A stretch of DNA of 64,000 bases from Isurus oxyrinchus (Eukaryota): NCBI GenBank assembly GCA_026770705.1, contig JANJGN010000010.1, positions 109,864,001 through 109,928,000 of the forward strand. Reading direction: 5' to 3'. The translations under genes and the position numbers were made by a program. Shown here in pieces: positions 56,560-64,000 of this stretch. Each line of letters opens with the position of its first letter. The stretch's first letter is position 1. The notes below the pieces were generated by a model. It had not been told where the DNA came from and did not search any database. It saw only the letters and a program-made list of their open reading frames with translations.

Positions 56560-56870
56560 CAGCAGTCCTGTCCCCTCCTGCCCCATCCCCACCAGCACCC
56601 CTGGCAGAACCAATCTCCCGCAGCTCCACTCCCCCAGCAGCTCAAGCTGCACCACACCACTCCCCCCCCGCAATCCCCAGCAGCCCTGCTCCACACTCCC
56701 CAGCTACTCCATTCACACTTCTCCCTGCAGCAGCCCCATCTCCACACCCCCCCTCCCCACCCCCAATAGCCCTGTTCCTCAATCTCCAGCAGGCCAGGCA
56801 GCCCTGCTCCCCACACCCCCAGGCAACCACCCCACCCCGAGCAGCCTCACCCCCACCTCCCAGTAACCGT
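56560..56870. repeat. C-rich low-complexity tract (G-rich in the pre-mRNA)
   Basis: Degenerate ccccagcagc / ccccac units following a Penelope-like terminus at 56460-56535. Confidence 0.8.
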
Positions 56871-57205
56871 CCTCACTCTCCGAGTGAAGGCCAATTTCAC
56901 ACCCTCAGAATAGTAGTTACTGAGATTTCCAACCTGTGGCTATATTCATTTTATTATGAGTTGCACCTCTCCATTATAGCAATCCACTCCGGTTCACATG
57001 AAACCTTCCCAGTTTTACAACCTCTAGGTATTGTCTGGGTCCTTCTTCAGATGGTTGACCACTGGGTAACAGACTATAATCAACACTCTGAAAAGCTCAT
57101 GGGGTGCCTTCGCTGACCATCCCTTTGCTATTATACCCACTGCTTTGACTAGCCAAAATAAATTTGGGAGAACAGAAAACACGAAACAAAAACTCCACAA
57201 AGTAT

Positions 57206-57605
57206 TTCCATTATTTTTAAATATTTTAAAATCTTTTATGCTCCCCCCACCCCCACTAGAACTGTACCTTGAGTGCCCTACCATCTATTCTTAATTAGCA
57301 CATTCGTTTAGATAATATCACCAACTTTAACTTTAACACCTATGTGTTCTTTTGTACCATTGTCACTGACATCTTTTGATGATCTGCTTCTATCACTGCT
57401 TGTTTGTCTACACAAGCACCTCTGTGTCTCTCTCTCTCTCCGCCCCCCCACACACACACCTTAAACCAGCTTATATTTCAACTCTTTCTTGGTCTCGAAA
57501 TCAAGTTCTGTCGAAGGGTCATGAGGACTCGAAACGTCAACTCTTTTCTTCTCCGCCGATGCTGCCAGACCTGCTGAGTTTTTCCAGGTAATTCTGTTTT
57601 TGTTT
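57206..57605 (+). mobile_element. Penelope-like terminal fragment, 12-bp TSD
   Basis: tccacaaagtat at 57194-57205 and 57606-57617; hammerhead-like motif at 57504-57544. Confidence 0.82.
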
Positions 57606-57677
57606 TCCACAAAGTATGTCTGAGGGAAACGGTTTGGCCCACTATCCTACAACATTCAATCCACAGAAAGAAGTAAT

Positions 57678-57910
57678 AAAGACAGAAAATTGTGGAAATA
57701 CTCAGCCGGTCAGGCAGTATCTGTGGAGGGAGTCGCAGTGTTAACATTTCAGGCTGATGACCTTTCGTCAGAACTGATTCCAATGGTAGGTCATCAACCA
57801 GGAACTTTAACCATTCTTCTCTCCACAGATGATGTCTCACTTGTTGAATATTTTCCAGCATTTTCTGTCTTTATTTCAAACTTTCAGAGTCTGCAATATT
57901 TTGTTTTTGT
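57678..57910. mobile_element. Older Penelope-like inverted termini
   Basis: Minus strand reads agttctgacgaaaggtcatcagcctgaaatgttaac; diverged inverted arms. Confidence 0.65.
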
Positions 57911-57954
57911 CACAGATATAAGTGCTTATTTTAGAAAATCAAATGACAACACAC

Positions 57955-58415
57955 GGCATACCTTATGAAAAAAGATTGAACAGGTTGGGCCTAAACCCAT
58001 TGGAATTTAGAAGAATGAGAAGTGATCTTATTGAAACATATAAGATCCTGAGGGGATTTGACAGGGGAGATAGTCAGGACGATGTTTCCACTTGTGGGAG
58101 AGACTAGAACCAGGGGATACAGATTAAGATTAAGAGGTCTAACATTTAAAGACAGAGATGGGGAGAAATTCTTTTCTCTCAGAGGGTTGTTAGTCTGTGG
58201 AATTCTCTTCCTTGGAAAGCAGTGGAGGCTGGGTCATTGAATTTATTCAAGGCTAAGTTAGGCAGATTTTTGTTAGACAAGGAGTCAACGGTTATGGGGA
58301 GGCAGACAGCAAAGTGGAGATGGGACCACACCAGATCAGCCATGATCTTATAGAATGGCAGAGCAGGCTTGAAGGGCTGAATGGTCTACTCCTGCCCCTA
58401 AGTCCTATGTTCCTA
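57955..58415 (+). mobile_element. CR1 LINE 3' fragment
   Basis: YEKRLNRLGL.PLEFRRMRSDLIETYKIL. Confidence 0.88.
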
Positions 58416-58980
58416 TTATTGCTTGAACTGTTTTTCTCAACATTACTAGGCTAATGTTGGGATTGGTGTAAACTATTCCCTTTATTTATTCATCATTCTA
58501 GTCCCCCTTTAAGCACTTGTATCTGGTGGCCTTTTTCTCATTGTATAAATACAAGACACTCAGCTTCATCCTTATTAAGAATAGCTGAACTCTGACAGAG
58601 GAAGTAGCGGATAGCAGTTACTCTGGGTTCTGAATATTCTACTAGAAAGTGTCACAATAATGATGCTATTGGATACGGCAGATTCTGATGCCAGTCCGAA
58701 TGCCAAAGTCAGTCACTACCTGCAGCACTTTGCTAACCTGCAATTTCTGCTGTGTGTAAAATTAAGATGAGGGACAGAGTTTAGCAACCATCACAGGCAA
58801 AAATGGCATTCACATTTGTTGAAAATTTGCAATATATACCTCAAGCTCCTTAGAATTCGCACTCTCTTGTAAGTAAGTTACAGGAAAATGATACACACAC
58901 CTTGAACACTGAGAAGGTGCCATGCCGAAATGTCATCACCTCAACCCCCATAAAAAGGTGTCGCAACAATATTCCTCAAG

Positions 58981-59320
58981 CAGGGGTTCCCAAATTGTGG
59001 GTCACAACCCTTAGTGAGATCACAGGGCAAGGCTTCAGGATCACGAGTTCTGAGGCAGCATAGGCACCGGGGCTGCTTGGACTGAGTTTTGACAGCTGTG
59101 AGGCTAAATGTTCAGTGTTTTATTCTGTTAGTGGGCATAGCTTAATCATTTGTTATCTGAGGCCTGATTGCTTCTATAATCAGGTGAGTTTTAAGGACAA
59201 ATCCAGCAGTTTGAAACCCCCTCCCTCACTCAACAATTTTCTGCCCACACCACCCCCCTCCAATTTTCACTCTGGGCCACATGAACTCAAGCATTAAAAT
59301 GGGGTAACATTGGGAAAAGC
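58981..59320. mobile_element. Degenerate hAT-like MITE
   Basis: Left end caggggttcccaaa; eroded right end ttgggaaaagc. Confidence 0.45.
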
Positions 59321-59669
59321 AGTCCTACAGCAAGGTACCACTCCAATAGCTCCCCTCACCCCCCACCTCCACCCCCACCCCGCCTGCCCCACTGTGGAAA
59401 GACGACCATGTTGCAACCAAAATGACAATGAAAACTCAACCAAAATACATTAATGAATTTAACCCCAGGACTTTGGTTAGATTGCTTCCATAAGCTGGGC
59501 AGAAGTTTTGCTCCTGATCTTCTAGCCTCCTGTAAGGCAGCTTCAGGCTCATATCAACTTCTTCCTGGCAAGCAGAAAGATGAAGGAGCAAAGATGCAAA
59601 GTAGATTGTTCTCTTCCACATCCGTCCACCCATCAACTCTGTATTCTCTACTCTCCCAATGTTTGTTTT

Positions 59670-60250
59670 TATTCTTAGGATGTGAGCATTGCTAATGAGG
59701 CCAGCATTTTTTACATTCAACCCTAATTGCCATTCAGAAACTGGTGGTGAGCTGCCTTCTTGAATCCATGTGGTGTAGCTACACCCACAGTGTGGTTAGA
59801 GATTCTGACCCAGCAACTGTGAAGATGGTGTGTGGTTTGGAGGGGAACTTCCAAGTGGTGGTGTTCCCATATATCTGCTGCCCTTGTTCTTCTAGATGGT
59901 GGAGGTCGCGGGTTTGGAAGGTGCTAAGAAACATTGGTGAGATGCTGCACTGCATCTTGTAGATGGTACACACTGCTGCCAGTGTGTGTCAATAGTGGAG
60001 GGAGTGAATGGTGAAGGTGGTACATGGGGGTTTTGTTTTGTATGGTGTTGAGCTTGAGTGTTGTTGGAGCTGCACTCATCCAGGCCAGTGGAGAGTATCC
60101 CATCACACTCCTGATTAGTGCCTTGTAGATGATGGACAGACTTTGGGGAGTTACGCGCTGCAGAATTCCCAGGCTCTGGCCTGTTTCTGTAATCACAGTA
60201 TTTATATAGTTGGTGGAGTTAGATTTTTTTGTCAATGGTAACCCCACAGT
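59670..60250 (-). mobile_element. Family B LINE 3' fragment
   Basis: LSIIYKALIRSVMGYSPLAWMSAAPTTLK. Confidence 0.85.
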
Positions 60251-60934
60251 GCTCAGGTGTTTATTCATCAATTAGAAGTGAGAAGTGTTGAAAAAAGCAC
60301 ATCACTATCTCTATACAATATTGAACCATATTGTTGCTGCTGTTAACACACAATAACTCTTCTCAGAACAAAATTTATTTGTGACCAAGCTTGGTTTGGT
60401 GGTGTGTGTGAAGGGCAGGGAGGCGGCGGGATGTACCTCTCTGCCATTTTTGGAAATACAATGGCTGAGAGATCACAAGACAGTCACTCAACCTATGTGA
60501 GACTAGTTGGGATGGAGGTACATTAGATTAATTATTCAATGAAGAAATATTGTACAATTAAAAAGGATAATTCACTCATTTTAAAAAGTTAAAGTTACAC
60601 TGTTTGTTGTTATTCAGCTCCCATTGACCACATCACTATTTTACACTTATTAGTTTATGTCCTTCTTTATTAAAATGAGTTTTACTTCATCCACGTGTCA
60701 CAAGTTGCACGGATGGCTCTCAAAAGTTCCATTTATTGAATATTTCAGTCCGTGTAGTACAAAGAAGCTAAAAAGAAATAGTCTCCTGGTTATGGAATTA
60801 ATGCTAATATCCAAATTTAAACCAATGTAGAAGTGAGCCAGAAGAGCACAAATACCCTTACACACTGATGTTCATGGTATGGTTACCAAAAACTTTATGT
60901 ACAGCACTAATTCTTTCAGTATGTCTGGATGTGT

Positions 60935-61180
60935 CACGAGTCATTAAACAGCCTGCCTTCTCAGGTGGATGTGAAAGGTCCCATGGCACTTTTCAAGGAA
61001 GTACAGGAAATTCTTCCGGTGTCCCAGCCAACATTCCTCTCAAATAACACCACCAGAAGTAGATTAGCTGGTCATTCACGTTGCTGTTGTCTGTAAGATT
61101 TTGCTGCTCAGAATGCTCTATGTTTGGCCAAGTAGCAATACTTCCAAAAGTAATTCATTCCATGAAGTGCTCGAGAAGCA
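60935..61180 (+). mobile_element. DeuSINE-like core
   Basis: tcaggtggatgtgaaaggtcccatggcact...ccggtgtcccagccaac. Confidence 0.65.
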
Positions 61181-61397
61181 ACTAACTAATGGCAATTAAC
61201 GATGATATATCTTTCCTTCCCTTTGTTAGCTGGTTAATTTAGCATTACAAAGGAGGAAAAAAGTGTGAATTCTGTGATGAGTGGATCATCATCCAGAGGT
61301 TCCTAAACATGGGAGGCATGGTGAGATGATTCCAGCAGTAGTGGGAGACAGGCATGATGGGGAGGAGAAAGCTGTGTGGTTGGTGCATAGCATGACG

Positions 61398-62192
61398 TTC
61401 ACAGAATCTCACAGTGCAGAAGAGGCCTTTCGGCCCATTGAGTCTGCACCGACACGTGAGAAACACCTGACCTACCTACCTAATCCCATTTACTAGCACT
61501 TGGCCCATAGCCTTGAATGTTATGACGTGCCAAGTGCTCATCCAGGTACTTTTTAAAGGATGCAAGGCAACCCGCCACCAGCACCCTCCCAGACAGTGCA
61601 TTCCAGACCATCACCACCCTCTGGGTAAAAAGGTTTTTCCTCACATCCCCCCTAAACCTCCTGCCCCTCACCTTGAACTTATGTCCCCTCGTGACTGACC
61701 CTTCAACTAAGGGGAATAGCTGCTCCCTATCCACTCTGTCCATGCCCCTCAATCTTGTACACCTCGATCAGGTCGTCCCTCAGTCTTCTCTGCTCCAATG
61801 AAAACAACCCAAGTCTATCCAACCTCTCTTCATAACTTAAATGTTTCATCCCAGTCAACATCCTGGTGAATCTCCTCTGCACCCCCTCCAGTGCAATCAC
61901 ATCCTTCCTATAATGTGGCGACCAGAACTGCACACAGTATTCCAGCTGTGGCCTCACCAAGGTTCTATACAACTCCAACATGACCTCCCTAATTTTGTAA
62001 TCTATGCCTCGATTGATAAAGGCAAGTGTCCTATATGCCTTTTTCACCACCCCACTAACATGCCCCTCCGCCTTCAGAGATCTATGGACACACACACCAA
62101 GGTCCCTTTGTTCCTCAGAACTTCCTAGTGTCATGTCGTTCATTGAATACTTCCTTGTCAAATTACTCCTTCCAAAGTATACCACCTCACAC
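61398..62192 (-). mobile_element. CR1 LINE 3' fragment
   Basis: ORFs 61727-62185 and 61480-61752 (RPQLEYCVQFWSPHYRKD; FTQRVVMVWNAL). Confidence 0.92.
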
Positions 62193-62837
62193 TGTTGCTA
62201 GACATAATGGGTTGAATTTCCCCAGCCTGATGGAGGCAAGTTCAGGGGCAGGGGAATTGTTATCCTGCCCTCTTCGACTTTCTCAGAGGCAGCTTGGAGC
62301 TGGCAGTCAGGAACCTTCATTGCCGAGGCGGAAAGCCATATGCAGAGCTTAACTCAATTAGGAGCGATCTTGCACATGGATTCCCTGTCTCAGCAGCAAA
62401 GGAGTTCCACACTCTGTCTGGAACCCAGCAGGTTGGAGAAGGTGATTACGCATTGGGAAGAACATCCTCAGTGAAACTGACAACCTGGGAAGGCTTTAAT
62501 CAATTACACTGAAGAGCTTCAGCCACATCCAGGTGAGAGGCTGATGTTCAAAGTGCTTCTTCTCTCAAAGAAAGCTTTCACTGCTTGACAGGGGATTGTC
62601 AACTGCTTAGAAGACACCCCATCTGTCCAGCACATCACTCACTTCCAGTTGCACTTCCCTGCTGTCAGCCTTCACCATGGGGTGGGAGCAGTTTATGCAG
62701 CTCCACCTTCCAGCTCTGCTGAGTATCAAGGAGGAGCTCACCACTGCCAACAGCTCCAACAGCAGCACCAGCTGCCTTCTCCTCAGGACAGAGGGATTGG
62801 ACACCAAGAGTCAGCTAGGAGGAGGTGACAGCCTTGA

Positions 62838-62993
62838 CACAGGGTCTACAGGCAGAGGATAATCTTTCTCGATGTATCTGAGTACCAGTGTCTCAGGAGG
62901 CTCTCCCAGTAGGTCACTGCTGACATCTGCAGCCTCCTTCCCAGTGGAGCAGGTGGACACCCATTGCCAATGGCCAACAAGATGGCTGCCACT
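62838..62993 (+). pseudogene. Harbinger (HARBI1-like) transposase N-terminal remnant
   Basis: Manual translation HRVYRQRIIFLDVSEYQCLRRLSQ*VTADICSLLPSGAGGHPLPMANK; DDE core absent. Confidence 0.65.
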
Positions 62994-63556
62994 GGAGGCC
63001 AAGCATCCCCTGCCACCACCCCTCCAACCACACCATAACTCTGCCTTTCACTAGGTTGGACGCATGCTCACTTCTCCTGCAAGGGGTGAAAGCAGGAAGG
63101 GTTGCATATTCATAATGGTTTGTGTGGAGAGGAGGCAAGGACTCCATTTGAGGAAGGTGAGTGTGAGGCATGGTTGAGCGATGGCAACAGGCTCTGAGTG
63201 AGTGTAAGTGTTGGCCATGTGAGGTATCCGCTGGAGGGGAATGAGTAGAGCTGCAATGTATGTTGTCCTGAGAATGCTGGGCAATGAACAGAGTGGAATC
63301 GTCCCAGTTTTACACAAAATATGGTGGTGGACAGGAAAAGGGTCATTTTACTCACTGGCCGCAATGGTGGGTTTTCACGCTATATCGTCCCATTCCAACC
63401 TTATTAATTTTGCAGCCACAGGAAAGATGCTGTCTTGCTGGTGGGCGGCCTCTGATTTGCCCGCCACACCGTTACCTCACGCAGGGCGCCATATTTAAAC
63501 TGCAGCCACGTGCACACTTCTCAATTCTTGCAGCTCAAGAGGGCACCAGTGAAGAC

Positions 63557-63805
63557 ATAGCCCCAAAAGCCAAGAAGAGTGCAGTCCCCCCAATTCAGTG
63601 ACGCATCCCTGGGAAACCTTCAGGATGCCATAGAGGCCCACCATGATGCCCTCTAACACCACTCTGGCCTCAGGTCAGGAAACCCATCAACTTCACCACT
63701 CCAGCTTGGGAGGTGGTGACAGAGGTGGTCAGTGCCAACGTTGCACACAAGAGGTTGGCCATCCAGTGCAGAAAACAGATGAATGATCTCATCCATGCCA
63801 CCAGG
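63557..63805 (+). pseudogene. Harbinger Myb/SANT-like DNA-binding protein, first-exon remnant
   Basis: Across two frameshifts and a stop: APKAKKSAVP/QFSDASLGNLQDAIEAHHDAL*.../PAWEVVTEVVSANVAHKRLAIQCRKQMNDLIHATR, followed by gtaag. Confidence 0.7.
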
Positions 63806-64000
63806 GTAAGGTAACCATCTTATCACTAACTCTCACACTCACAAGCCCATCACACATTCATTGGCATCGAACTCACTGTCAACTCAAGGAACATCACCAC
63901 TCACTGTCTAACATACATCCTCACATCTCCATCTGGCCTCATATCCTTTGGAAACTGCCTCCTCAAACCTCACCATCTTGAGGCCACTTGCAGAGATCAA

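Larger units (their letters stand above)
62209..64000 (+). mobile_element. Decayed PIF/Harbinger element(s) running off the window end
   Basis: TIR-like gggttgaatttc at 62209; transposase and Myb/SANT remnants inside. Confidence 0.65.

Overview
Vertebrate genomic DNA; the repeat complement points to a cartilaginous fish (shark). The window lies inside one large minus-strand gene for a SERCA Ca2+-ATPase (ATP2A family, most likely ATP2A3). Five consecutive coding exons, equivalent to canonical exons 4-8, are readable with GT-AG sites and consistent phases: 56173-56274, 42141-42279, 23374-23454, 15524-15609 and 12486-12950. I did not find exons 3 or 9. The introns are mostly transposon debris: two CR1/L2-group LINE families, RTE and L2 fragments, DeuSINE-like and other SINEs, Penelope-like termini with hammerhead-like motifs, PIF/Harbinger MITEs with 3-bp TSDs, a decayed Harbinger element with transposase and Myb/SANT remnants, hAT MITEs and two GC-rich minisatellites. 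Almost all ORFs in the supplied track are LINE remnants or repeat artefacts. I cannot show a wholly new system. The best leads are a recent Penelope subfamily with a non-canonical hammerhead core, an alternating-orientation array of hairpin-rich MITEs bracketing exon 6, a head-to-head LINE fusion with target deletion, and a one-codon-shorter exon 4. Repeat family names come from recognition, not database searches, and repeat boundaries without a stated TSD are approximate.
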